DNA of 64,000 bases. It comes from Candidatus Omnitrophota bacterium (GTDB lineage Bacteria > Omnitrophota > Gorgyraeia > Gygaellales > Gygaellaceae). The stretch is from contig JAGYNB010000001.1 in NCBI GenBank assembly GCA_018400015.1, positions 6,815-70,814 of the forward strand, given 5' to 3'. Both the position numbers and the translations under genes were made by a program. A model generated the notes under the pieces. The model was given only the letters and a program-made list of their open reading frames with translations, was not told where the DNA came from and ran no database searches. Shown piece after piece: positions 18,701-27,600 of this stretch (the first letter of the stretch is position 1; each line of letters starts with the position of its first letter).

Positions 18701-19382
18701 TTTAGGTAAAACAACAACCGATTCTTTAAATAAATTCTTGCTAGAAACACTTTATTATTATGGTATCAGCGTAGAGCACGGCAAGGGAATTTTAGAAAAT
18801 CTTTTTGTTAATCTAAATGCCGAAAACAGATCGATAGTTTTGCAAACCCTAAGGCCGCTTATAGAGGAAAAAGCAGTTAAGAATTTTCTTTTACAGGCAT
18901 TAAGAGACAGGATCGACACAACGCGCTTAAATAAATTAGATGCTCCGGCAAAAAGGATATCAAAAGCAATTAAGGAATTTTTAGACAGTCAAAAAAGTAA
19001 TTTTGATTCCGGCGGCATAGATTTTACCAATATATCGCCATTGGCATTAGAAGGCAGATCTGTGGCGGAAGGTTTCAGGTTTGACAAACAGGACAGTTTT
19101 TTAAGGGATATGAACGCTTTAATCAATAAGCGTATTATTCCTTCACCAGAAGGCATAAAAGAATATGTTCAGCAAAATTCTGATAAAGAAAACCTGGAAG
19201 ACTTATTAGATGGTGTGTATAATTTGCTGGTTTCAGTATTAAGATTAGAGGAAGAAAAAGTTGTTTTAACAGATGACAAGACAAAAGAATTGCTCAAGGT
19301 TATAGGCTCGACGCACGACTTAACAGATCTACATAACCACTTGCAGGATATAGAGTTTAGCGCCAAAGGGCCAGAGATTTAA
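12723..19382 (+). CDS. Very large (2219 aa) secreted multidomain protein with GGDEF-like and kinase-like modules
   Basis: Single ORF; Sec-type signal ending AGFA; FWVNLRP...TDMGRIFLEADLQLK N-terminal domain; GGDEF at 15351; HDVHWSN...DLG at 18639-18707; GGIDF at 19011. Confidence 0.85.
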   Translation: MRKFIKKAIAIFVCFVFVFEQAGFAQSLSRIDFTTHINTLNNQYSYEKFQPAHLRMLSYDRYSQQFSFLVDRGDYNNIEKEFLKQVTDKLFRMFLIGLTLPDDSFWVNLRPDSPEDIIDSNLAKTDMGRIFLEADLQLKKDTARFTSPATKEGNLYWQRLQEKANELFGVPNVNIPTLARPWIVPGEIILRETASDVYIYKATINVMLEEDYIKDYPRFNFKDKRMKELNEHASRLMREIIIPRLVKEVNTAKRYARLRQVFYSLVMAKWFKERFKNSSGRYVRLINQGRLEGLLSKEKWSVKPYFEAYQKSFQEGEYEIKVFGKGGSNKVRVYFSGGALPMPNVIPDPGETIVDSATGTTITSISAQEQIVLEQAPRIIKQDTNVLISEGEDVSINPDAVDEDRRYHADEREKYNRILKWTETADLLKSVWIRALSAMNPERKENLFNTEIELLIDYLQTQNPLGQILNKGNTGDRIVVFQVPGIAREGFGIKDLNDKLGYELNTRLIGVRRQMISELMKEKGLIENDGLIYSTYKEDVFLVSSDIQISPQMLQEIQHELIARIGQILRGQFEFSNALRVNGVKIQQFNNEPLYALGFGIAQITGSLPHERILADINAHQAIVIGENNAGSNYTFSEKDYNKVIFEIDRLRGQLNENSYIFEANEAGELFLSQEVAVALRDNLDWDGLSMQAREQFINEVNFNNARQYFRLIKIQDYIKKWQIDFEKARGRSQQITALTEKLKQKIAQREEKYLVPIDNELLELVVQARDFIETETKLPEFDSEFAFYSRGPPMEKPIFVTLDIKKMGIMNINANEIELQRVSSALQSGEVASLEDIWLSAADSVTENLIETMRIAKDGIIRELGISEDDLTVLMGGDEFTLVFEDNLSDRLEEVLYKVKNQIKDKTGIEARICASTAALEFESEFFNRKDNNYEHLAFAKTILSLEDGIARLKALEKQGIQDFIIIQDEKGNWPDVKSRVESEIKKDKTITRRSFLRTLGLGTLALAGAAFVPESAKAGIRMVLSDVTEEKVSEYEMWANRLAELSGNKQEFIAACNQLQRLIHEEKKLHLYKAYETVIQSSFNRFPRDIQRRIVADTIEYVIFQTVNLKLSEQANAIVLNWLSREENLKFDSKDDYQVQADIASHIILFSSKYTDTLGKVFNGYADGAIKLMNKSVFRYFDTISNQTIQNRLIDFISNLQISESNLDLINEVFASLGRKINVIHDANEYGDWQGEIVKFLASFGNKDRILHLLIAYGGFELYTGTFQTVYKLAEKSIAATGGMINWLKRVDAENLTREQFLLAISSRNKLIDLVRNTNADPQEITGVLINVCDVVKEIIVNKHQDRRSLAYISNAIEQIFRFDNDQVKEYLKDIVLALAKENNLTLVVFSYVVIAKFNDIFEEDIKEFENVEKKFLNLINYLNAPPKTVLINNRLVVLVDYASSAASYLEDLKTLFSTRYRSNYDITYPNKTERDAGIKYKITGQVDGIDIEFHLAENIKGEDFRKALESGRYSMFCTRHHSFEGAEFAGVGSDKVLPQFIGTIGTGQGGENNSMAVVLAEEVAKAVSRDKHNSWQDIRMVIESGLNPQTGKFNNADRRMGLDNFILPDFLANVMSYVLNASWDGLPDAQEVRPVIIFDGGCGGVNRIPEYIPKYNKALGNTDFSRLISLGAAVGGIQGLMSGNLQVSEDIKIEIDSTVGSNYGYGERVPEEEVFEIIKRERDVQEFMLKNHPEVIQQTIDNLGFGFSLGDLARIVISYEASGSNKHVLKIKVFTVTGEEKAFLIAKKIPVKEGFLFEEGEESAQRNLQKTGLVPRLGKVYYLKETDSGFEYHENPPEEGNFETRVAEEFINGFTLAELEFFIEQFLGTKKARETINGLLQSDRGSREYNLYLEKLKSLIQSKGFSKVQTARLIELAQTLVDFDNEYKILSDAAGQLLPVSFITQATNTIFDIFAALNENSYSLEAIWSHDVHWSNIMFEKSTGRLVVVDLGKTTTDSLNKFLLETLYYYGISVEHGKGILENLFVNLNAENRSIVLQTLRPLIEEKAVKNFLLQALRDRIDTTRLNKLDAPAKRISKAIKEFLDSQKSNFDSGGIDFTNISPLALEGRSVAEGFRFDKQDSFLRDMNALINKRIIPSPEGIKEYVQQNSDKENLEDLLDGVYNLLVSVLRLEEEKVVLTDDKTKELLKVIGSTHDLTDLHNHLQDIEFSAKGPEI

Positions 19383-19447
19383 GGGGTGTCTATGCCTTTC
19401 GGTTTATCAGCCAAAATGGGGCCCTCCATTAAAATTAGACACCCCTT
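19381..19447. repeat. Perfect 12-bp inverted repeat enclosing 43 nt (terminator-like or miniature element)
   Basis: AAGGGGTGTCTA (19381-19392) and TAGACACCCCTT (19436-19447). Confidence 0.7.
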
Positions 19448-19463
19448 GTTTTATTAAAAGCTC

Positions 19464-19492
19464 TTGACAATTTAAACAGCGTGTGTTATATT
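19464..19492 (+). promoter_or_regulatory. Sigma70 promoter of the pyr operon
   Basis: TTGACA-17 nt-TATATT with extended TG. Confidence 0.7.
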
Positions 19493-19509
19493 TCTAAAAA
19501 TTACTGATA

Positions 19510-19541
19510 CCTTTAAACTTGGCCCAGAGAGGCTAAAAAGG
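19510..19541 (+). promoter_or_regulatory. PyrR-binding RNA loop (attenuator leader)
   Basis: CCTTTAAACTTGGCCCAGAGAGGCTAAAAAGG resembles the CUUUAA...CCAGAGAGGCU PyrR site; lies upstream of pyrR. Confidence 0.85.
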
Positions 19542-19571
19542 CAAAATGAATAAAATAATTAAAAAAATTAT

Positions 19572-19609
19572 AAACCCAACTGCTAAAAAAGTGGTTGGGT
19601 TTTTCTTTT
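19572..19609 (+). terminator. Attenuator terminator upstream of pyrR
   Basis: AAACCCAACTGCT/AGTGGTTGGGTTT hairpin followed by a T-tract. Confidence 0.8.
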
Positions 19610-19619
19610 ATTGGAGTCA

Positions 19620-20159
19620 ATGATGAGAGAAAAGGCAACAATATTAGATAAAATAATGATTCAAAGAGCAATAACAAGGATTGCGCATGAGGTTATTGAA
19701 AAGAATAAAGGAATTAATAATCTTTGCCTTGTGGGCATTAGAAATAGAGGCGTATTTATTGCAGAGCGGCTCAAGGAGAACATAAAGACAATAGAAAACA
19801 AAGAAGTTGATATCGGCATACTCGATATTACATTATACAGGGATGATTTGACTTTAATTTCGGAAAAGCCTGTTGTTCACAAGACCGAAATTAACTTTGA
19901 CATAAGCGATAAGAAAATAGTTTTAGTTGACGATGTTTTATATACGGGAAGGACGATTCGCGCTGCCTTAGACGCACTAAATGATTTTGGCCGGCCTAAA
20001 TCCATACAGCTTGCCGTGTTGATTGATAGAGGACACAGGGAACTTCCTATAAGGGCAGATTTTGTAGGTAAAAATATTCCTACGGCGACAAATGAAACGA
20101 TAGAAGTTCGCCTTATGGAAATAGACAAGAAAGAAGAAGTTGTTATCGTGGAGAAATAA
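19620..20159 (+). CDS. pyrR: Pyrimidine operon attenuator / uracil phosphoribosyltransferase
   Basis: [38 protein letters not shown]; SD GGAG at 19613 favours ATG 19620 or 19623. Confidence 0.96.
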   Translation: MMREKATILDKIMIQRAITRIAHEVIEKNKGINNLCLVGIRNRGVFIAERLKENIKTIENKEVDIGILDITLYRDDLTLISEKPVVHKTEINFDISDKKIVLVDDVLYTGRTIRAALDALNDFGRPKSIQLAVLIDRGHRELPIRADFVGKNIPTATNETIEVRLMEIDKKEEVVIVEK

Positions 20160-20161
20160 AT

Positions 20162-21082
20162 ATGGTTTGGACAAAAAAAGACCTATTGGCTTTGGAAGAT
20201 TTAACCAAAGAAGAGATCGAGCATATTTTAGATACCGCAGGTTCGTTTAAAGAGGTTTCAACTCGCGATATAAAAAAGGTTCCCGCCTTAAGAGGCAAAA
20301 CGGTGGTAAATTTATTTTACGAACCTTCCACAAGGACTAGGATATCATTTGAAGTAGCAGCAAAAAGGCTTTCAGCAGACGTTATCAATGTTAATATTGA
20401 AACTTCCAGTGTGAAAAAAGGAGAAACTTTAATTGATACAGGCCGTAATATACAGGCATTAAAAGCAGATATTGTAGTGTTAAGGCATAAACATTCAGGT
20501 GCAGCAGCAATGTTGGCACGCCATTTAAATATAGGAGTTGTTAATGCTGGTGACGGCTGGCATGAACATCCTACGCAGGCCTTGCTCGATATGCTTACAA
20601 TAAAAGAAAAACTCGGGAAAATTAAGGGGTTAAAAGTGAGCATAATCGGAGATATTGCTCATTCACGAGTTGCACGTTCTAATATCTGGGGTTTGACTAA
20701 GTTAGGCGCTATCGTTACGGTATGCGCGCCAAAAATGCTTATCCCCGTAGGCATTGAACAAATGGGAGCTAAAGTTACCAACGATATAGAAGTTGCTTTA
20801 AAAGATGCGGATGCGATAAATATTTTACGCATGCAGTTTGAGCGTGATGATCGGGTTAATTTTCCAGTGCAGCTGGAATATTTTAAGACCTTTGGTATTA
20901 CTAAAGAGCGTTTGGAAAAGGTAAAGAAAAATATTCTGGTAATGCATCCCGGGCCGATCAATAGGGGTATTGAGATGTCCAGCGAAGTTGCCGATGGAGA
21001 ACATTCTGTCATATTAGAACAAGTTACAAACGGCATTGCTGCGAGAATGGCTGTTTTGTATTTAGTAGCACAGGGAAAATAA
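20162..21082 (+). CDS. pyrB: Aspartate carbamoyltransferase
   Basis: FYEPSTRTR, HEHPTQALLD, MHPGPINRG. Confidence 0.97.
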   Translation: MVWTKKDLLALEDLTKEEIEHILDTAGSFKEVSTRDIKKVPALRGKTVVNLFYEPSTRTRISFEVAAKRLSADVINVNIETSSVKKGETLIDTGRNIQALKADIVVLRHKHSGAAAMLARHLNIGVVNAGDGWHEHPTQALLDMLTIKEKLGKIKGLKVSIIGDIAHSRVARSNIWGLTKLGAIVTVCAPKMLIPVGIEQMGAKVTNDIEVALKDADAINILRMQFERDDRVNFPVQLEYFKTFGITKERLEKVKKNILVMHPGPINRGIEMSSEVADGEHSVILEQVTNGIAARMAVLYLVAQGK

Positions 21083-21083
21083 T

Positions 21084-22364
21084 ATGGGATTATTAATTAA
21101 AAACGGTTTTGTTATAGACTCAGCAAATAAGATAAGCGAGCCAAGAGATATTTTAGTGTCTAATGGTAAGATTGAAAAAGTCGATAAAAAAATTAATAAT
21201 AAAACTAAAAATACCATAAACGCAAGAGGCAAAATTGTTATTCCTGGTATATTTGATATGCATGTTCATTTACGAGAGCCGGGCAGAGAAGATAAAGAAA
21301 CAGTTTATACGGGAACTCTCGCAGCATTGGCAGGCGGGGTAACTCAGGTGTTAGCAATGCCTAATACTGATCCTGCTATAGACAGCCCCGAGAATAGTGA
21401 AATCTTAAAGCAAATTATCACCAAAAGCGCAAATTGTAATGTGAGTATTTGCGCAGCTATTACTAAAAAAAGACAAGGAGAAGAGCTTGTTGATTTCGGT
21501 AAGCTAAAATCAAATGGTGTAGTTGCTTTTTCTGACGATGGCAATTCTGTGGACAACCAAGAGATTATGGATGAAGCATTTAGACATGCGGCGGAACACG
21601 ATTTATTAATAATATGTCATAGCGAAGATAAAACGCTTTCTAAAAAAGGTGTAGTTAATTACGGGTTTACCTCAACACGCATGGGCTTAAGAGGGGTTTC
21701 CAACGAATCAGAATACAAAAGAATCAGCCGCGATATCGAATTAGCCAAAAAGCATAATGCGCGAATTCATATTGCGCATGTTAGCTGCAAAGAGTCCGTT
21801 GGCATAATCAAAAAAGCAAAAGAGCAAGGGGTAAAAGTAACCTGTGAGACCGCTCCGCATTACTTTTCGCTTACAGAAGAAGACGTTTTAGGTTACGATA
21901 CGAATAAAAAGATGAACCCTCCTTTACGAAGCGAACAAGATAAACAGGCGATTATCGATGGTTTAAAAGAAGGCATTATTGACGTGATAGCATCTGATCA
22001 TGCTCCGCATACGGAAAATGAAAAAAATATAGAATTTGATAAGGCGGAATTTGGAGTTATTGGCTTGCAGAGCATTCTTTCAGTTTGTACGACAGAACTT
22101 TTGCATAAACATGTACTAGGTTGGACGGATATTGTGGAAAAATTGTGTTTGGCCCCAGCTCGCATATTAGACGTTGATTGCGGGACGCTTTCAGTTGGTA
22201 AAAACGCAGATATTGCTATAGTTTCACCGGAGCAAGATTGGACGTTAGATAAAAAACAGATATTGTCCAAATCGAAAAACTCAGCTTTTTTAAACAAAAA
22301 ACTAAAAGGCCAAGTGTGGTGTACTATCCATAACGGCCAGATAGTTTATATGGATAAGGAATAG
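21084..22364 (+). CDS. pyrC: Dihydroorotase (type I)
   Basis: DMHVHLREPG, KMNPPLR, SDHAPH. Confidence 0.96.
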   Translation: MGLLIKNGFVIDSANKISEPRDILVSNGKIEKVDKKINNKTKNTINARGKIVIPGIFDMHVHLREPGREDKETVYTGTLAALAGGVTQVLAMPNTDPAIDSPENSEILKQIITKSANCNVSICAAITKKRQGEELVDFGKLKSNGVVAFSDDGNSVDNQEIMDEAFRHAAEHDLLIICHSEDKTLSKKGVVNYGFTSTRMGLRGVSNESEYKRISRDIELAKKHNARIHIAHVSCKESVGIIKKAKEQGVKVTCETAPHYFSLTEEDVLGYDTNKKMNPPLRSEQDKQAIIDGLKEGIIDVIASDHAPHTENEKNIEFDKAEFGVIGLQSILSVCTTELLHKHVLGWTDIVEKLCLAPARILDVDCGTLSVGKNADIAIVSPEQDWTLDKKQILSKSKNSAFLNKKLKGQVWCTIHNGQIVYMDKE

Positions 22365-22366
22365 AT

Positions 22367-23608
22367 ATGCAATTTATCGCAGATTTTCATATTCACTCAA
22401 AATACAGCCGTGCAACATCACGCGATATGAATGTTGATAATATCGCTCATTGGGCAAAACTCAAAGGAATTCAGCTTATGGGTACAGGGGATTTTACGTT
22501 TCACTTGTGGGTTGAGGAATTAAAGTCAAAATTGGAAGATACTTCAAACGGATTATTCCAATATAACGGAATTAATTTTATTTTAACAAGTGAGATATCC
22601 TGCATATATTCAAAAAATAAACGCACCTACAGGGTACATATTATAATATTTGCTCCGGATTTTAAGACTGTTGAGAAAATTAATTCAACCTTGGCTACAT
22701 ATGGTAATCTTGCATCTGACGGCAGGCCGATTCTAGGAATGGATGTGCAGGATATTGCGCGCATTGTTTTTGATATAAATGAAAATTGTTTTATTGTGCC
22801 AGCGCATATTTGGACTCCTTGGTTTAGCATGTTCGGTTCCATGTCCGGGTTTGACAGGATCGAAGATTGTTTCGGAGAGTTTACTGATAGGATACATTGT
22901 GTGGAGACAGGTCTTTCTTCGGATCCGGCAATGAACTGGCGGCTTTCCAGGCTTGATAATATTAGTTTGATTTCCAATTCGGACAGTCATTCTCCGGCAA
23001 AGATCGGCAGAGAAGCTAATGTGTTTGATTGCGACATGAACTACCAGGAAATAACAAAGGTATTAAAAAATAAAGATAAGAGTAAATTTTTGTACACAAT
23101 TGAGTTTTTTCCCGAAGAAGGTAAGTATCATTACGACGGCCACAGAAATTGTAAAATAAATTTTTCACCAAAAGAATCCAGAGAGCATAAAAATATCTGT
23201 CCTGTATGCAATAAACCGCTGACGATCGGAGTGATGAATCGCGTTGAACAGCTTGCCGATAGAGAAGAAGGTTTTATTCCAAAAACCGCAATTCCTTATA
23301 AAAGTTTGATTCCGTTACAGGAGATTATTGCAGAAGCAAGATCCGTAAAATCCATAACAAAGCAGGTGATGCAGGATTATATGAATTTGGTTTCCAGATT
23401 CAAGAATGAATTTAATGTACTTTTAAATGTTTCTAAAACTGACTTAGTTAGCGCAACGTCATCACGCATTGCCGAAGGGATTATTTGCGTAAGGGAAAGA
23501 AAAGTATCGATAACTCCCGGTCATGACGGAGAATACGGAATTGTAAAGATTTTTCAGGGCAAAGAAGAGGATAAAAAAGACGAACAGCTAAACCTATTTA
23601 AATTATGA
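22367..23608 (+). CDS. Endonuclease Q family PHP-domain protein
   Basis: ADFHIHSKYS, AHIWTPWFS, ETGLSSD, NSDSHS, GKYHYDGHRNC...CPVC zinc finger, PGHDGEYG. Confidence 0.85.
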   Translation: MQFIADFHIHSKYSRATSRDMNVDNIAHWAKLKGIQLMGTGDFTFHLWVEELKSKLEDTSNGLFQYNGINFILTSEISCIYSKNKRTYRVHIIIFAPDFKTVEKINSTLATYGNLASDGRPILGMDVQDIARIVFDINENCFIVPAHIWTPWFSMFGSMSGFDRIEDCFGEFTDRIHCVETGLSSDPAMNWRLSRLDNISLISNSDSHSPAKIGREANVFDCDMNYQEITKVLKNKDKSKFLYTIEFFPEEGKYHYDGHRNCKINFSPKESREHKNICPVCNKPLTIGVMNRVEQLADREEGFIPKTAIPYKSLIPLQEIIAEARSVKSITKQVMQDYMNLVSRFKNEFNVLLNVSKTDLVSATSSRIAEGIICVRERKVSITPGHDGEYGIVKIFQGKEEDKKDEQLNLFKL

Positions 23609-24090
23609 AAAGCGCAATCTGTTATTATTCCTTTACGGGTAACACAAAAATCGCAGCAGAAATTTTAAAAGATATTTTAGCTGAAAAAGGTATCGTGGAT
23701 TTAGTCGAGCTTAGGCCAAAAAAAGAAGATAAAAATTTTTTTATGCAAGGTTTTAAGTCTTTTTTGAAAAAAGAAACCGAACTTAACAACATAAAGTATG
23801 ATTTTACAGAGTATGATTTTATAGCCGTGGGTTCTCCTGTGTGGGCATTTGGTCCTGCACCAGCAGTGAGAACGTTTTTAAAACATGTTACCGGTGTAAA
23901 TGACAAGCAAGTAATTTTATTCGTGACTTCGCGCGGGGCAGGCGATCATAAGGCAATGAAGGAAATGGCAAGATACCTGAAAGAAAAAGGCGTTAAAGAT
24001 TTTAAATATGTAAGCATTAATCATAATAGGATAAAAGATACCAAATATCTAAAAACAAAGATCATTAAAGTAATAGATGAGCGCCTGTAG
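23605..24090 (+). CDS. Flavodoxin-family protein
   Basis: YYSFTGNT and GSPVWAF motifs. Confidence 0.85.
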   Translation: MKSAICYYSFTGNTKIAAEILKDILAEKGIVDLVELRPKKEDKNFFMQGFKSFLKKETELNNIKYDFTEYDFIAVGSPVWAFGPAPAVRTFLKHVTGVNDKQVILFVTSRGAGDHKAMKEMARYLKEKGVKDFKYVSINHNRIKDTKYLKTKIIKVIDERL

Positions 24091-24152
24091 CCTAATGGAT
24101 AGGGCACTAGCCTCCGGAGCTGGTTGTACAGGTTCGATTCCTGTCAGGCGCA
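24081..24152 (+). tRNA. tRNA-Arg(CCG), CCA not encoded
   Basis: Acceptor GCGCCTG/CAGGCGC; anticodon arm CTAGC-CTCCGGA-GCTGG; T-loop GGTTCGATTCC. Confidence 0.93.
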
Positions 24153-24165
24153 AAAATAGAAATCT

Positions 24166-24627
24166 ATGAAGAGGAAAATAGTAGCTGTAATTGGTGGGCG
24201 TAGATGTAATAGCAAAGTGGAGCAAACTGCACTAGAAGTAGGGAGAATAGTTGCTAAAGTGGGGGCAATACTTGTTTGTGGTGGACTAAGTGGAGTAATG
24301 CAGGCAGCTTGCAAAGGAGCAAGTACTTGTAAAAACAGCCTTACAATAGGGATATTGCCAGGAGATGATAAAGAGGTTGGTAACCCTTTTGTAGATATAA
24401 CTATTCCAACAGGAATGGGCTTAGCAAGAAATATTCTTGTTGTGAAAACAGCAGATATTGTTATTGCTATAGATGGTGAATATGGAACGCTTTCTGAGAT
24501 TGCCATTGCCCTGCAAAGTAATAAACCTGTTTTGGGCATTGGAACTTGGGATATTAAAGGAGTAAGAAAGATAGGTAGTTTAAAGAATTTAGAAAGAATA
24601 TTGTTAAAATTTTTAAAGGAGAAATAA
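24166..24627 (+). CDS. TIGR00725 / LOG-like Rossmann-fold protein
   Basis: CGGLSGVMQAA, TGMGLARN, GEYGTLSEIA. Confidence 0.85.
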   Translation: MKRKIVAVIGGRRCNSKVEQTALEVGRIVAKVGAILVCGGLSGVMQAACKGASTCKNSLTIGILPGDDKEVGNPFVDITIPTGMGLARNILVVKTADIVIAIDGEYGTLSEIAIALQSNKPVLGIGTWDIKGVRKIGSLKNLERILLKFLKEK

Positions 24628-24629
24628 CA

Positions 24630-27600
24630 ATGCCGCGTAGAAACGACCTTAAAAAGATTCTTATTATTGGTTCTGGACCGATTATTATCGGCCAGGCATG
24701 TGAATTTGATTATTCCGGAACTCAGGCTTGCAAGGCTTTAAAAGAAGAAGGTTATGAAGTAGTATTGGTTAATTCTAATCCGGCAACGATTATGACTGAC
24801 CCTCAAACTGCGGACAGGACTTACATCGAGCCTTTGACAGTTGAAAGTATTGAAAAAATTATAAAAAAAGAACGTCCTGATGGATTGCTTCCTAATCTGG
24901 GAGGGCAAACCGGACTTAATTTATCCGCTGCTTTAAGCAAACAAGGAGTTTTAGAAAAATATAATGTTGAGCTTATCGGTGTTACTGCAGATACGATTGA
25001 GCGTGGAGAAGATAGAATTGCTTTTAAAGAGACTATGGCTAAGATTAACATTCCTGTACCGAGAAGTTTTCCTTGTTATTCTGTAAAAGAGGCGGAAAGT
25101 GTTGCAAAAAAACTTGGCTATCCGGTGGCTGTTAGACCAGCATATACAATGGGCGGTACAGGCGGCGGATTGGTAAAAGACGAAGAAGAGCTTCGAGTGA
25201 TTGTTTCTCGCGGGCTATCCGCCAGTCTTATCGGTCAGGTTTTGATAGAGGAGTCTGTATTAGGTTGGGAAGAGCTTGAGTTAGAAGTTGTAAGAGACAA
25301 AAAAGGCCAGAAGATCACAGTTTGTTTTATTGAAAATATCGACCCTATGGGCGTGCATACCGGAGATAGTTTTTGTGTTGCCCCCATGCTTACAGTACCG
25401 GAAAAGCTGCAAAAAAGAATGCAGGAAGCATCATACAAAATAGTTGATGCAATCGGTGTAATTGGCGGTACTAATGTACAGTTTGCCCATAATCCGGTTG
25501 ATGATAGATTATTGGTTATTGAAATAAATCCAAGAACTTCGCGGTCTTCGGCTTTAGCTAGCAAAGCAACAGGATTTCCTATTGCCAGAATTTCCACTAA
25601 ACTTGCTGTTGGGATCACTCTTGATGAGATTCCTTATTGGCGAGACGGAACGCTTGAGAAATATACTCCTTCAGGTGATTATGTGGTAGTAAAGTTTGCC
25701 CGTTGGGCGTTTGAGAAATTTACCCAGGAAAAAGATGTTTTAGGTACTCAGATGAAAGCCGTGGGTGAAGTTATGAGTATTGGTAAGAATTTTAAAGAGG
25801 CATTTCAGAAAGCAATACGCTCACTTGAAATAAAAAGATACGGCCTTGGGTTTGCCAAAGATTTTAATTCAATGACGTTAGATGAGTTAAAGAAACGGTT
25901 GGAAAACCCGACAAGCGAACGAGTGTTTTTGATGTACGAGGCCCTAAGAAAAGGTTTGAGCGTGGAAGAGCTCCACGGGATGACAGACATACATAGATTC
26001 TTCTTGGAAGACATGAAAGAGTTAGTTGAAGAAGAAAAAGAAATTCTAAATTTTAAAGACAAGCAATTGCCGGATGCGATGTTGCTTAAGGCAAAAGAAA
26101 GCGGGTTTTCAGATAAATACCTTGCCCAGATATTAAATACAAAAGAAAGCGACCTCAGACAAAGACGTCTGGAGTTAGGCAAAAAACAAGTCTATGATGC
26201 TGTACCTGTAAGCGGGGTTGAAAACGCAGCTTATTATTACTCAACCTATATTAAAGATGATAAAGTGGATGTTTCAAAAGCCAAGAAAATACTTATTTTA
26301 GGGGGAGGTCCGAACAGAATCGGCCAGGGGATTGAGTTTGATTATACCTGTGTACACGCAGCTTTTGCCTTAAGAGAAAAACGCATTGAATCAGTAATGG
26401 TTAATTGTAATCCTGAGACGGTTTCAACCGACTATGATACTTCCAACAAGCTTTATTTTGAACCTCTGACTGTAGAAGATGTTTTAACCATTTATAATAA
26501 GGAAAAACCCGATGGGGTAATTGTGCAGTTTGGCGGGCAGACGCCTTTGAATATTGCCAAAGAACTGGAAGATGCGGGAGTGAATATTTTAGGGACAAGT
26601 CCAGATAGTATTCATTTGGCAGAGGATAGAAAGCGTTTTAAGAAAATAATGGACGATCTTAATATTCCTCAGCCGGAAAGCGGCACAGCAAGTTCGATTG
26701 AAGAAGCTTTAAAGGTTGCAAACAAAATCGGTTATCCTTTAATGGTCAGGCCTTCATTTGTTCTAGGCGGAAGAGGCATGGAGATAGTTTACAATGAAAA
26801 GATGCTTTTAGAATACGTAAAGGCAGCAACAGAGGTAACACCCGAGTATCCGATGCTTATTGACAGGTTCTTGGAAGAAGCCATCGAAGTAGAGGTTGAT
26901 GCTATTTCAGACGGAGAAGAGATAATTATACCGGCAGTTATGGAACATATCGAGCTTGCCGGGGTTCATTCCGGAGATAGTGCTTGCATGGTGCCGTCGC
27001 TTAACATTTCAAAAGAGAATATCAATACGATAAAAGATTATTCTAAAAAAATTGCTAAGGAGTTAAAAGTGGTGGGATTGATGAATATTCAGTATGCTAT
27101 CGCAAACAACAAAGTTTATATACTGGAAGCAAACCCACGAGCATCCCGGACGGTCCCATTGGTAAGTAAAGTTATGGGCATTTCCATGGCAAAGATCGCT
27201 ACGAAAATCATGATGGGTGAAAAAATCAAGGATATGGATATTAAGATTTCTGAAAAGATCGACCATGTAGGAGTAAAAGAAGCGGTGTTTCCTTTTAATA
27301 TGTTTCCTTCGGTCGATCCTGTATTAGGCCCGGAGATGAAAGCTACAGGTGAAGTTATGGGTATGGCAATTTCTTTTGGTGTAGCTTTTTATAAGGCCCA
27401 AGAAGCAGCTGGGACAAAACTTCCTCTAAAAGGTAAAGTGTTTATTTCGGTTGCGGATAAGGATAAGAATAAGATCATCGATGTGGCAAAACGTTTGGCA
27501 AGATTAGGTTTTGATATATTAGCCACCAAAGGAACAAAAGAGCTGTTAGAAAAAAATAATATTAAATCTGATTTAGCTGTTAAGGTGCATGAAGGTTCCC

